Made by a program: the position numbers and the translations under genes
DNA from: Candidatus Latescibacterota bacterium
GTDB taxonomy: Bacteria > Latescibacterota > UBA2968 > UBA8231
Assembly: GCA_965217585.1 (NCBI GenBank)
Contig: OZ244561.1
Location: forward strand, 1,568,001-1,632,000
Direction: 5' to 3'
Length of the DNA stretch: 64,000 bases
Notes under the pieces: generated by a model
The model's input: the letters and a program-made list of their open reading frames with translations, nothing else
Database searches by the model: none
Told to the model about the DNA's origin: nothing
Shown here: piece after piece, positions 1 to 9,311 of the stretch
Position numbering within the stretch: position 1 is the first letter of the stretch
Layout: every line of letters begins with the position of its first letter

Positions 1-2
1 AA

Positions 3-401
3 CTCAAAGAACGCCGCCGCGCCAGCCCTAGCCGCCTCGCTCGCGTCGTCGAAGGGTATCTCGGCGTACCCTACAAGTGGGGCGGCACCACCCGCGCTGG
101 CATGGACTGCTCGGCCTTTACCCGCGCCATTTTCCGCCAGACTTATGGCATCGAATTGCCCCGCACCGCCAAGCAGATGTACGGCGTCGGCCGCACCGTC
201 AGCCGACGACAGGACCTCAAACCAGGGGATCTGGTTTTCTTTAGGAATACCTTCTCAGGACCGGGCGTCTCCCACGTTGGGATCCATCTCGGCAAGGGGC
301 GCTTCGCCCATGTGGGCGTGAGCACCGGCGCGACCATTACCTCGCTCAACCACCCTTATTTCCACCACCGCTATGTCGGCGCTCGGCGCGTCGAGCGCTG
401 A
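3..401 (+). CDS. NlpC/P60 (C40) cell-wall peptidase, 5'-truncated by window edge
   Basis: Frame is open from position 3: GYLGVPYKWGG..GMDCS, LPRTA..MY, LKPGDLVFF, HVGI...FAH (Cys-His-His triad pattern). Confidence 0.9.
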   Translation, partial: LKERRRASPSRLARVVEGYLGVPYKWGGTTRAGMDCSAFTRAIFRQTYGIELPRTAKQMYGVGRTVSRRQDLKPGDLVFFRNTFSGPGVSHVGIHLGKGRFAHVGVSTGATITSLNHPYFHHRYVGARRVER

Positions 402-402
402 C

Positions 403-1704
403 GTGTCCATCCGCCTGCTACTGCTCGCCAGTGCCATTGAAGCGTGCTGCTGCTATCTGGTCTCCCTCGGCGATCTCCAGCGCCAGATCGGAGCGCTGTG
501 GGCCGGCGTCTTTCCAGCTTTTATCTGCTGCGTACTCGCAGCCTATCTCGTCTTGCGCCAAGGTGCGCCCCCCGGACGACCACACCTGATCCTCGGAGCC
601 GCCCTCGTCTTCCGCCTGACGCTGTGGTGGAGCCCGGCGACGCTCTCGGACGATATTTTCCGCTACGTCTGGGATGGCCGCGTCCAGCTAGCCGATATCA
701 ACCCGTACCTCTACGCGCCCTCGGCACCGCAGGTAGCGCACCTGCGTGACGCCCTCTACCACAGTGTCAACCACGCCGCCATTCCCACGATCTATCCGCC
801 GCTAGCGCAGCTTTTCTTTCGCGCGATTTGCCTGCTAAGCGCGACGCCGGCCGCATTCAAATTGGCCCTGCTACTCTGCGATTGGGGACTCTGCCTGCTC
901 TTGGCACATAGCCTCGTCCGGCGCGGCCAAGATCCGCGCCGCGTCGTGCTCTACGCTTGGAATCCCCTGCCCCTAGTCGAAGTCGCCGGCAGCGGCCACA
1001 TCGACGCGCTGGGTGTCCTGCTCCTCTTCGCGGCCCTGTACGCACTCCACAGCCAGCGCTGGGCCGCAGCCGTCTGCGCCCTCGCCGGAGCCTTTCTCGT
1101 CAAACTAGTGCCCCTCGCGCTGCTGCCCACTTTTTGGCGTCGCCCTCGCGCCGCTTGGCTCAACTTTCGCAAGCGGGGTGCCCTGCTGCTGTTTCCAACA
1201 CTGGGGCTATTGGCCTTTTGGCCTTTTGCCGACGCTGGGGAAAAGCTCGCGACGGGCCTGCTGACCTACGTGCAACATTGGCACTTTAACGCGGCGGCCT
1301 ACTCACTCCTGAGTTTTGCCTTACAGCCGTGGGACGTCCATGCCTACGCACACGCTCGCTGGCTCTGCACGGCCCTGTTCGCTCTCGTGGCTCTCGGCGT
1401 CCAAATCCGCTACCGCGACCCCTACCGAGCCGCCTTTGCAACCCTCGGTGCTTACGTCTTGCTCTCGCCGACCGTGCATCCCTGGTACTTGCTTTGGGTC
1501 CTCCCGTTCCTCGTCTTTTTCCCCAGCCCCGCTTGGATGCTCCTCAGCGGCTTGATCTTTCTTGCTTACGAGGTGCAGATCGGCTATGGCAGCGAAGGCG
1601 TGTGGCGCGAAAAGCCGTGGGTTCTGTGGGCGCAATACGCGCCTTTTTACTTGCTCCTCAGCACCACGGCCTGCTACAGGCACCTCAATCGCCGCGACGC
1701 TTAG
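403..1704 (+). CDS. GT-C fold polytopic membrane glycosyltransferase (GT87/DUF2029-like)
   Basis: LSDDIFRYVWDG..INPY, TIYPP, WNPL..E..GSGHID, HPWY motifs; many TM helices; GTG at 403 directly after the NlpC stop (ORF track starts at 373). Confidence 0.8.
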   Translation: MSIRLLLLASAIEACCCYLVSLGDLQRQIGALWAGVFPAFICCVLAAYLVLRQGAPPGRPHLILGAALVFRLTLWWSPATLSDDIFRYVWDGRVQLADINPYLYAPSAPQVAHLRDALYHSVNHAAIPTIYPPLAQLFFRAICLLSATPAAFKLALLLCDWGLCLLLAHSLVRRGQDPRRVVLYAWNPLPLVEVAGSGHIDALGVLLLFAALYALHSQRWAAAVCALAGAFLVKLVPLALLPTFWRRPRAAWLNFRKRGALLLFPTLGLLAFWPFADAGEKLATGLLTYVQHWHFNAAAYSLLSFALQPWDVHAYAHARWLCTALFALVALGVQIRYRDPYRAAFATLGAYVLLSPTVHPWYLLWVLPFLVFFPSPAWMLLSGLIFLAYEVQIGYGSEGVWREKPWVLWAQYAPFYLLLSTTACYRHLNRRDA

Positions 1705-2399
1705 CGAGCGGACGCGCGATCCCTGTCCCGCCGCTGCCACGCGAAGGGCAGGTGCATTAGAGCGAAAACGGTGAGAAAAATGGCGGAGACGGCCACTAGG
1801 AAGAGCCAGTGCGGGTAGGCGTGGATAAAGGCGAGCTGTTTCGGTGCCGAGAGCGTAAAAAAATAATTGGTCCCGAGATAGAGATTGATCGGGGTAATGG
1901 CCAAGGCGTAGAGGTGGACGGCGATATAGCTGCGCAGGATCGCCCGCACCGGCGGGCGGTAGCGGCACCCAAAGGTGAAATAGAACCCCGCGCCGACCAA
2001 GGCGACATGGGTCAGGAAATAGCGGATCTCGGCGATGAGGCGGATCGACCCGGTCTCCGAGATTGCCGGGAAACACACCGCCAGCAGAGCACCGACCACC
2101 CCCGCGTAATACGCCAACTCAGACCACAACCTCCCACCGGTTGCCAGCCCGGCGAACAGGACGAATACCGACAGGTCGCACAGGTGCAGGGGCAAGTTGT
2201 CGGCGATGGGGATGCCAGCGGCGAAGTGCCGATAGGCGAACCAGCCGAGTTCGTTGACCAGCACCAGGGCGAAAAGCGCGAGCCGGAAGGCCGCATGGGC
2301 TCGCCCAACCGGCGGCCACCGCCTCATATTGGCGCAGCCCGCAGCGAAGAGCGCGGCCACCCCGATCCAGAACAGGTGGCGCGCCGAGAATAGTTCCAT
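1701..2399 (-). CDS. YwaF/TIGR02206-family integral membrane protein
   Basis: LPLHLCD, YFLTH and GTNYFF motifs; about 6 TM segments. Confidence 0.8.
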   Translation of the reverse strand: MELFSARHLFWIGVAALFAAGCANMRRWPPVGRAHAAFRLALFALVLVNELGWFAYRHFAAGIPIADNLPLHLCDLSVFVLFAGLATGGRLWSELAYYAGVVGALLAVCFPAISETGSIRLIAEIRYFLTHVALVGAGFYFTFGCRYRPPVRAILRSYIAVHLYALAITPINLYLGTNYFFTLSAPKQLAFIHAYPHWLFLVAVSAIFLTVFALMHLPFAWQRRDRDRASAR

Positions 2400-2414
2400 G
2401 CCGCCCCGAGGTCC

Positions 2415-2542
2415 TCAGCAGCCGTCTCAAAATTCTAAGTGCGCTCCGCCCAACGTCATTTCACCTCTGCGTTCATCTGCGTTCATCTGCGGATACCTTG
2501 CCGTCGGGAGACAGCCGATAGGGGTTTTGAGACCGCTTCTCA
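2415..2542. repeat. Small element with imperfect terminal inverted repeats and an internal (TCTGCGTTCA)x2.6 tandem
   Basis: Left end TCAGCAGCCGTCTCAAAA vs reverse complement of right end TGAGAAGCGGTCTCAAAA (15/18); 10-bp tandem at 2466-2491; ends resemble 44834-44897 and 52595-52620. Confidence 0.55.
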
Positions 2543-3643
2543 GAAAACCTGCGAAAAAGTGATGTATAGTGCCCTGCGGCCGCCCGAGGTGCCGTAATCG
2601 GCCCGCACGATCGTGCTCTGCCAGTGGCAACGCACTCCCATGCCGCTGCCGCCGCGCCACCCACTGCTCGTCGGCAGTGCGTCGCGGGCGAAGATCTGCC
2701 CGATGTCGCCGAAGGCCACTAGCCCCAGATACAGGTGCTGCCGGCGCCATACCGGTAGCCCGCGCCAGCGCAGCTCGCCGTTGAACACTATCCGCGCCTC
2801 GCCCCGGTCCCTAGCGCTGGCCATGCCGCGGACCGTGCCGCTGCCCCCCATGTCCAGTTCCTCGTAGAAGGGTAGGGCACCGATGGTCCAATTGACGCGC
2901 AGGCGGTTGGCGGCCACCAGCCCGCGCCCCAAGGTATGGAAGTGCCGGTGGTCGAAACTGAGCGTCCCCCCCCGGTAATCTCCGCCGCCGCCAACCCCGA
3001 AGTCCACCAGTAACTCCTCCAGCACGCCCGAAGTCGCGTTGTTGTAGTTGTCGCGCGTGTCGTAGCGCAGCGAGCCGACGAACTGGGCGAACGCGCCCCC
3101 ATCTGCGCCGAGGGGGTCGAGCGCGGAGAGGATGCCATCGGCGGCATTCGGCTCGATATCGCTGTGGCTCAAACGCCCCCCGATGCGCAGACGCCAGGGG
3201 AAGCGCAGGGTGCGGATCCACTTGACCTTGAACTCCGGGAAAGCGTGCCGGAACGTCCTCTGGGCCCGCGAATACCCGGCGATATCCTCGTCGCTGAGGC
3301 CGCCGTAGTAATTGGCGAAATCTTCCTTCTCGTAGACCAGTTCGACCTCGAGCCGCCGGCCGGGCCGGAATTCGGGCGTGTCGACGAGCAGGCGGTGTAC
3401 CCACTTGCCCTTGGTTGAGATAAATACTTGGGCGCTGTATTTGCGGCGATAGGGTACGCTCTGGCCGTCGTATTCGAAGAGATTGGCCCGCAGCCCGTAT
3501 CCGGTGCCGTCGTCCGAGCTGAAATTCAGCAGCGGCACCATGGTCGGGCGCCGGCCGACTGTCTCGTGGACCGGCTGGGCGCCGCTCGGACAAGCCCACG
3601 CGAACGCCAAGGCCGCCGCAATATTAAGGACCCGATTCAGCAT
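2540..3643 (-). CDS. Omp85/BamA-TamA-family beta-barrel without obvious POTRA domains
   Basis: Signal peptide; YDTRDN, TVRG(M), GELRW, FGDIG, RADYG motifs; C-terminal Phe (FSQVF). Confidence 0.8.
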   Translation of the reverse strand: MLNRVLNIAAALAFAWACPSGAQPVHETVGRRPTMVPLLNFSSDDGTGYGLRANLFEYDGQSVPYRRKYSAQVFISTKGKWVHRLLVDTPEFRPGRRLEVELVYEKEDFANYYGGLSDEDIAGYSRAQRTFRHAFPEFKVKWIRTLRFPWRLRIGGRLSHSDIEPNAADGILSALDPLGADGGAFAQFVGSLRYDTRDNYNNATSGVLEELLVDFGVGGGGDYRGGTLSFDHRHFHTLGRGLVAANRLRVNWTIGALPFYEELDMGGSGTVRGMASARDRGEARIVFNGELRWRGLPVWRRQHLYLGLVAFGDIGQIFARDALPTSSGWRGGSGMGVRCHWQSTIVRADYGTSGGRRALYITFSQVF

Positions 3644-3937
3644 AGATCGCCCCTCGCTAAAGTAGTTTTATACGCTATGCAGTAGTCCGCATTGCCCGCA
3701 TTAAGTATGGTCAATCCGCAGATGGGGTGCTACCGGTCCGCGCAGCTTGCGGTGGACCGCCAGCGGACGGCGGTAAAAGGAACGAATCGCCCCCTTGCGA
3801 TGTCTCTCTATAACCAAGCTCTGCCATAACGCGCCTTTTTACTTGCTCTTATGCGGCACCGAATTAGCTCGTCGCCGGATGGGAACAGATAGCTCGTGAA
3901 GGCAGAAGTGTGAAAAATAGTTCAAAGCGCTTCTGTG

Positions 3938-3959
3938 TGTTATATTCCTAATTATAACA
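3938..3959. promoter_or_regulatory. Palindromic operator candidate TGTTATA-N8-TATAACA in a divergent promoter region
   Basis: Perfect 7-bp inverted repeat in an AT-rich patch about 40 bp upstream of the TPR lipoprotein gene. Confidence 0.4.
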
Positions 3960-3996
3960 ATGGCGCAAGGCGATAACGACCTCGCGCCGGGGAAAA

Positions 3997-4584
3997 TTGC
4001 GCGTGAATTGCTCGATAAAAAATACCTTGCACCTCGTGGCCTTTGGCCTGGGCGCGCTGTGTCTGCACGGCTGTCTAGAGCTGGTCCGCAGGCCGCCAGC
4101 GGGCGAACCCTTCGGCTACGAGCAAGCCCAAGCCGCCGACACCACGGCCACGAGCGCAGCAGCCGTCCAACCCACGCCGGCGCTAGTCGTCATAGATCGC
4201 CCCAAGCGCTCGCGCCAGCAGTTGCAAAACATCGAGCAGGTCAACAAATACGCGCTCTGGTGCATCGAGAACGCCATGTGGAACGAGGCCCAATCGCACA
4301 TGGAACGCGCCCTAGCGCAAGACAGCTCGTCGGCCAGCCTGCACAACAACCTCGGGGTCATCTACGAGCGGCTCGGCATGACCGACAAAGCCACTGAATT
4401 CTACGGCCGGGCGTGGGCCCTCAACCCTGCCCAAGAAGTCTATGCAGCCAATTTGCGCCACTTGCAACAATACCAGCAGGCCAGCAGCGACTCCACAGGC
4501 TCACTTGATATATTCAAGTTGGACCATGGCCAGCCGCCGCGGACCGGACGCCCGGACAATTCACCTACATCCACGGGAGAGTGA
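3997..4584 (+). CDS. TPR-containing lipoprotein
   Basis: Lipobox-like CLHGC; TPR pattern (ERALAQD..SASLHNNLGVIYERLG...A.EFY.RA..LNP); start may be GTG 4003. Confidence 0.75.
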   Translation: MRVNCSIKNTLHLVAFGLGALCLHGCLELVRRPPAGEPFGYEQAQAADTTATSAAAVQPTPALVVIDRPKRSRQQLQNIEQVNKYALWCIENAMWNEAQSHMERALAQDSSSASLHNNLGVIYERLGMTDKATEFYGRAWALNPAQEVYAANLRHLQQYQQASSDSTGSLDIFKLDHGQPPRTGRPDNSPTSTGE

Positions 4585-7500
4585 ACGTGCAGGCTATAAC
4601 GAGATTCCGCAGCCTCGCCTGCGCCGCCCTGCTCGCTTGGGGCACCGCAGACCTCGGCGCCCAAGACATCCTCACCTTGCAGCTACAGCAGGGATTCGGG
4701 AAAAACAAGGTCCGCTACCGAGACTTCCAGTGGGAGATCCTCGAAAGCGAGCACATAGAGCTTCACTTCGAGCCTGAATTCCAGAATCTGGCCGTGCAGG
4801 CGATCGAGTCCCTCGAAGAGGGCTACGATCACATCAGCCAAATCCTGCACCACGAGCTTTCGCACCGGCCGCCGGTCGTCATCTATCAGTCTCACTACCA
4901 GTTCCAGCAGACCAATATCTTCCCCGACTTTCTGCCACCCGGCGTCGCCGGTTTTGCCGAGCCACTGCGCTTCCGCATGGTCGTCCCCTTTGCGGGCGAC
5001 CTCGACGAGTTCCGCAATGTCCTCGTCCACGAGCTGACCCACATTTTCCAGTACGACATCGTTCACAAAGGCCCCATTCGCCGCATTACCAGCCCGATCG
5101 TTCAGCCGCCCACTTGGCTCATGGAGGGCATGGCCGAATACACCACCCCGGGCCGCAACACCGTCGATGAGATGGTCCTCCGCGACGCCGTGCTCACCGA
5201 TGGCCTCATCCCCGTCGAAACCATGAATCAGGCTTGGGGCCAAGGCAACGTATTCCTCGCATACAAGCAGAGCCACGCGCTCATGGAATACATTGCCCAG
5301 CAGTACGGCCCCGAAAAAATCAGCCGCATCCTCCGCCTGTGGGACAGCCAGCACGACACCGACAAGCTCATGGATCGCCTGATCGGCATGGACTTGAAAA
5401 CCCTCGACGAGCGCTGGTCGGCCCAGATGCGCAAAACCTACTGGCCTCTCTTGCAGACGCGCGACTACACCTCCGAATTTGCCGAGGAAATAGGCGACGA
5501 CGAGAATATCCACAGTTTCTCTAGCGCCTGCTGGTCGCTCAGCGGCGACATGCTCGCCGTCCACTCCTCAGACGGGATCGAACAGCACGTGGACATCATC
5601 CGCCTGCGCGATGCCTCGCTCGTCGAGCGCGTCACCGAGAGCATGCGCGCCGCCGACTACGATCACCTCAGCATCGGCAGCGGCACCGTGGCTTGGGCAC
5701 AGGACGGCCAGACCATCGCCTTTGTCGCCAAAGAAGGCCCCCGCGACCGCATCATGCTGTGGGATCTCTACGACAAGGAGCTTGTGGAGACCCTGACCAT
5801 GCCCGATATGGATCTCGTCGAGAGCCTAACCTGGGCACCCGACAGCCGCCAACTTGCCTTTATAGGCACCGGGCAGGGCCAGAGCGATCTCTACATCATT
5901 GACGTGCAGAGCGGCGAGCGGCGCCAGCTCACGGGCACGCCCGAGCGCGAAGATTATCCGAGCTGGTCGCCCGACGGCCAGCACATCGCCTTTAGCACCA
6001 AGTACCGCAACCAGTTCGACATCAAAATTTACGATCTAACCGAGGGCATGGCGCACGCGGCCATATCTAGCCCCACCGACGACCTGTGGCCTCAGTGGCT
6101 GCCCGAAGGTAACAAGCTGCTCTTTGTCTCCACCCGCGACAAGATCAACGATCTCTTCGTCTATCACCTCGACGAGGGCCGCGAATTCCGCCTGACCCGC
6201 AGCCTCAGCGGCATTATGAACCCCGCCCTCTCGCCCGATGGGCGGCAGATCGTGTTCAACACCTACTTCAAGGGCCGCAGCCACCTCTACCGGATGGCCA
6301 TGCCCGAATGGCCCGAGGTCAAGCGCAAAGACGCACAGCTACTGGCGCGCGTGGCCGAAGCAGCGCCGCCAGCCGAAGCAGCGCCGCCAGCCGAAGTAGC
6401 GCCGCCAGCCGCCGAGGAGCCAGCCCCAGAGACGCCCCCGGCGCGGCCCGTAGTACTGGGCGACGCCACGCTCTCCGACCAAGGCGGCATCCCAAACCTA
6501 GGGCAGGTCTCGGCCCTGAAGGATCAGGGGCTCTCGGACGACGCCGTGCTCCTAGCCGGTGCCAGCGGCCCGTTGCCCCCCACCGAATCCCAAGAGCCGC
6601 AAGCCCCCGTCCAACTCGCCGCTGCCGACGACGACGACGGCGAATTGGAACTGCGCCGTCGCCGCTACACCCCCAAGCTCGAATTCGACGGCATCTCCGT
6701 ACAGATGGGCTATTTCGATGGGTTCTTATCGTCGGTTGCCCAGTTGAGCATGAGCGACCTTTTGGGCAATCACTCGCTGATCTTGGCCACGGATTACGTG
6801 GCCGCGCAGGACATCAGCAATGACTTCAACTTTGCCGCTAGCTACAACTACTACGGCAAGCGGCCCACATACCGCGTATCCATTTTCAATTGGAACCAGT
6901 ACTTCTTCAACGACCGCAACTTCATCGTCCCAGGCCGCCCCCCGACTCGGGGCACGAGCCGTGTCCAGCAACGCGGTGCCTTGGCCAACGCCAGCTATCC
7001 GCTCGACCTCTATCGCCGCCTCGATCTGAGCTATACCTATGTCGGCGAGCAAGAAGAACAGGTCCATCCCTTCTACGAAGCAGATTCTACTGCTACCAGT
7101 ACTCATCTGTTCAAGACCGCATACGTCCACGACTCCATTACCTACGGTCTTTTGGGCGCCACCGCCGGCAAGCGCTACTTCCTCTCGGTGGGGCGCACGC
7201 TCGATCTCGGGTCGGCCACGCGCTCTTTCTCGCACCTCGAATTCGACTATCGTCACTACTTGCGGCTAGGGCGTTGGTCGGTGCTGGGCCTGAGAGCCTA
7301 TAGCGTGGGGTCTTTGGGCCGCGACGCCCTCGAATACAACCTAGGGGGGCCGACTTGGTACTTGCCCTTCTATACGGGCTTCAACCTCAATACCGGCCCG
7401 CTGCGCGGCTATCAGTTCTCGGCCTTCACTGGCAGCCGGGTCCTGCTGACCAATGCCGAGCTGCGCGTCCCCTTTGTGCGTGGCATCCTCTTTGGCTGGC

Positions 7501-7769
7501 CCGGCACCTTTCTGATTCCGGCGGTTGACGGCAGCCTGTTTGTGGATGTGGGCATGGCTTGGGACAAGGGCGACGAAATCGACCTGTGGCCCTTCCACAA
7601 TCCACACGCCCCACCCGCGTCCTCCCCGCGGCAGGTACACGCCAGCGTCGGTTTCGGCCTCTTAATGTACTTCTTGCTGCCGATGAACTTTGAATTCGCC
7701 AAGCAGATGGACCTACAAGGCAACTTCTCGGACTTCAAGTTCCACTTCAGCTTTGGACGGAGCTTTTGA
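4581..7769 (+). CDS. Fusion protein: MA-clan zinc metallopeptidase domain + TolB/PD40 beta-propeller + Omp85 beta-barrel
   Basis: Signal peptide; HELTH (HExxH) and WLMEGMAEY; repeated W[SA]PDG..IAF PD40 motifs; PLRGY, AELRVP, FVDVG, C-terminal GRSF. Confidence 0.85.
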   Translation: MNVQAITRFRSLACAALLAWGTADLGAQDILTLQLQQGFGKNKVRYRDFQWEILESEHIELHFEPEFQNLAVQAIESLEEGYDHISQILHHELSHRPPVVIYQSHYQFQQTNIFPDFLPPGVAGFAEPLRFRMVVPFAGDLDEFRNVLVHELTHIFQYDIVHKGPIRRITSPIVQPPTWLMEGMAEYTTPGRNTVDEMVLRDAVLTDGLIPVETMNQAWGQGNVFLAYKQSHALMEYIAQQYGPEKISRILRLWDSQHDTDKLMDRLIGMDLKTLDERWSAQMRKTYWPLLQTRDYTSEFAEEIGDDENIHSFSSACWSLSGDMLAVHSSDGIEQHVDIIRLRDASLVERVTESMRAADYDHLSIGSGTVAWAQDGQTIAFVAKEGPRDRIMLWDLYDKELVETLTMPDMDLVESLTWAPDSRQLAFIGTGQGQSDLYIIDVQSGERRQLTGTPEREDYPSWSPDGQHIAFSTKYRNQFDIKIYDLTEGMAHAAISSPTDDLWPQWLPEGNKLLFVSTRDKINDLFVYHLDEGREFRLTRSLSGIMNPALSPDGRQIVFNTYFKGRSHLYRMAMPEWPEVKRKDAQLLARVAEAAPPAEAAPPAEVAPPAAEEPAPETPPARPVVLGDATLSDQGGIPNLGQVSALKDQGLSDDAVLLAGASGPLPPTESQEPQAPVQLAAADDDDGELELRRRRYTPKLEFDGISVQMGYFDGFLSSVAQLSMSDLLGNHSLILATDYVAAQDISNDFNFAASYNYYGKRPTYRVSIFNWNQYFFNDRNFIVPGRPPTRGTSRVQQRGALANASYPLDLYRRLDLSYTYVGEQEEQVHPFYEADSTATSTHLFKTAYVHDSITYGLLGATAGKRYFLSVGRTLDLGSATRSFSHLEFDYRHYLRLGRWSVLGLRAYSVGSLGRDALEYNLGGPTWYLPFYTGFNLNTGPLRGYQFSAFTGSRVLLTNAELRVPFVRGILFGWPGTFLIPAVDGSLFVDVGMAWDKGDEIDLWPFHNPHAPPASSPRQVHASVGFGLLMYFLLPMNFEFAKQMDLQGNFSDFKFHFSFGRSF
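6354..6410 (+). repeat. 18-bp tandem repeat x3 encoding an AE(A/V)APP linker
   Basis: GCCGAAGCAGCGCCGCCA x2 + GCCGAAGTAGCGCCGCCA, in frame between propeller and barrel. Confidence 0.9.
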
Positions 7770-8455
7770 TCCGCGCTACTGCCCTTGCACTGCTTATTGG
7801 CCTAGCGGGCTGCAGCGGCCGCGGAGCTTTCACGCGAGTGGAATTCCGCGCCCCGTCGCAACCCGACCCGGTCTTGCGCCCCTTCCTCGCTGAAGTCGAT
7901 CACATCGGCGTCGTTTGCGCGACCAACATCGAACCCTTCCGAGAGCTAGACATCGAGAAGGTCCTGGCGCGTCTGTCCAACGCCGTGGTCCGGAGCCTCG
8001 GCAACATGCCCAAGACCGAGGTGATGAACCAAGACGAAATCACCTACAAGCTCAAGGATATTCGCCTCGACTCGACGAGCGTCCACCAAGACTCGATACA
8101 GGCCGTTCTCAGGGAAGAACTCGAGCTCGACGCCTTAGTCTTCGTCGAGCTGAGGCACTTACAGGCGCGGATGATGCCCATGTCGCCCACGCCCTACGGC
8201 ATGTCGCCCAACCCCGGCATAGACCTGACGATAGATCTCAAGGTCAGCCTGATCAACCTCAACACCCACCAAGTCTGGCAACAGGGGGGCACGCAGCGCA
8301 ACTACCAGCCGGTGCAACTACAGCTCTTCGGCGGCAATAAACAAGGCGAGCGCCAACTGCTCATGGCCCTCGCCCGCCCGCTGCAACGCTTCCTCTTCCG
8401 CATCGCCCCGCCGCCCAAGCCGCAGGCCCGCCACTTTGATCTAAGCGGCGACTAA
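7766..8455 (+). CDS. Hypothetical lipoprotein (possibly CsgG/TolB-N/LpoB-like fold)
   Basis: Lipobox LAGC; TTG start overlaps the upstream stop; C-terminal 'LKVSLINLNTHQVW' strand resembles such folds. Confidence 0.65.
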   Translation: MIRATALALLIGLAGCSGRGAFTRVEFRAPSQPDPVLRPFLAEVDHIGVVCATNIEPFRELDIEKVLARLSNAVVRSLGNMPKTEVMNQDEITYKLKDIRLDSTSVHQDSIQAVLREELELDALVFVELRHLQARMMPMSPTPYGMSPNPGIDLTIDLKVSLINLNTHQVWQQGGTQRNYQPVQLQLFGGNKQGERQLLMALARPLQRFLFRIAPPPKPQARHFDLSGD

Positions 8456-8497
8456 CAAAAGAAGCGGAGAGCCTTTCGTGGCCCTCCGCTTCTTTTG
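8456..8497. terminator. Bidirectional intrinsic terminator
   Basis: CAAAAGAAGCGGAG...CTCCGCTTCTTTTG stem with A/T tracts, between convergent genes. Confidence 0.85.
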
Positions 8498-8513
8498 CGT
8501 CTCTATCGAAAAA

Positions 8514-9227
8514 TCAGCGCCGTCGCTTCTTGGGCTTGGCCGACTCCTTTGTCGCGGACGATTTGGAGGCTGGTGCCGACGTCGTTGCGGGCGCTTTCGT
8601 CGCTGACGCACTCGGCGGCGAGCTGACCGAGGACCGCGGCGTGGGCGTAGGCGCATTGCGGACCCGAGGTTCTACCCGCCGCTGCCACACTTCTTCTTCG
8701 CGGCGCTGTACTCGGGTAGCCGCTGCGGGGTCGGTAGTCATCGGCGTCGTATTCAGCCGGCTCGCCGCGCGCAAATCGTCGAGCTGGCGCGTGTTGACCA
8801 GTTCATAACCTGGTGGCACATAGTAACCCCCCGAACTCCGATAGTACGGATCGTAGCCATAACTATAGGGCCCATAGCCGCCATAGTAGGGATTGTAGCT
8901 GCCGTAGTAGGAAGGATAGCCATAGCCACCATAGCCACCATAGCCACCATAGCCACCATAGCCACCATAGCCACCGTAGCCACCATAGCCACCATAGCCA
9001 CCGTAGCCACCGCGCACACCCGGATAGCGGTAGAAATCGTCCATGTAGTCGCGGTCGTCGAACTGGCCAATCGTCGGTGCCTCTACATCGCGGCTCTTGG
9101 CGCGGGCCAGATCCTCGTCGTGCAGGTTGGCCACCTCGTACGGGCTGCTGAGCACCGTGTAGCAGCCGCTGGCCATCAGCGCGGTTAGCGACAGGGCCGA
9201 GCACAAAATCAAAGCCTTCGTTTTCAT
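8514..9227 (-). CDS. Gly/Tyr-rich low-complexity lipoprotein with basic C-terminal tail
   Basis: ATG 9227 with GAGGAGG RBS; lipobox ASGC followed by YT; (GGY)10; S/T/A/P-rich tail ending KPKKRRR. Confidence 0.8.
   Translation of the reverse strand: MKTKALILCSALSLTALMASGCYTVLSSPYEVANLHDEDLARAKSRDVEAPTIGQFDDRDYMDDFYRYPGVRGGYGGYGGYGGYGGYGGYGGYGGYGGYGGYGYPSYYGSYNPYYGGYGPYSYGYDPYYRSSGGYYVPPGYELVNTRQLDDLRAASRLNTTPMTTDPAAATRVQRREEEVWQRRVEPRVRNAPTPTPRSSVSSPPSASATKAPATTSAPASKSSATKESAKPKKRRR
8922..9011 (-). repeat. 9-bp tandem repeat x10 encoding (GGY)10
   Basis: (A/G)TAGCCACC repeated 10 times on the + strand. Confidence 0.95.
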
Positions 9228-9311
9228 GGACTTAACCCTCCTCAAGGGGCGTTAAACTCATCTCTGGACCTGAAATATACACAAACCGGCGACTGAAGCA
9301 AAAAAAGATCC

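Noticed and set aside
2427-2750. 107-aa ORF containing PQMNADERR
   Set aside because: Overlaps the Omp85 gene; the peptide is just the translation of the TCTGCGTTCA tandem repeat
8922-9011. Tandem repeats as a possible CRISPR array (also 6354-6410 and 2466-2491)
   Set aside because: Units are 9-18 bp with no spacers and no cas genes
8753-9204. Alternative-frame repeat peptides (VAM)n, (WWL)n, (HHS)n
   Set aside because: Other frames of the 9-bp GGY repeat; only the GGY frame has an RBS and lipobox
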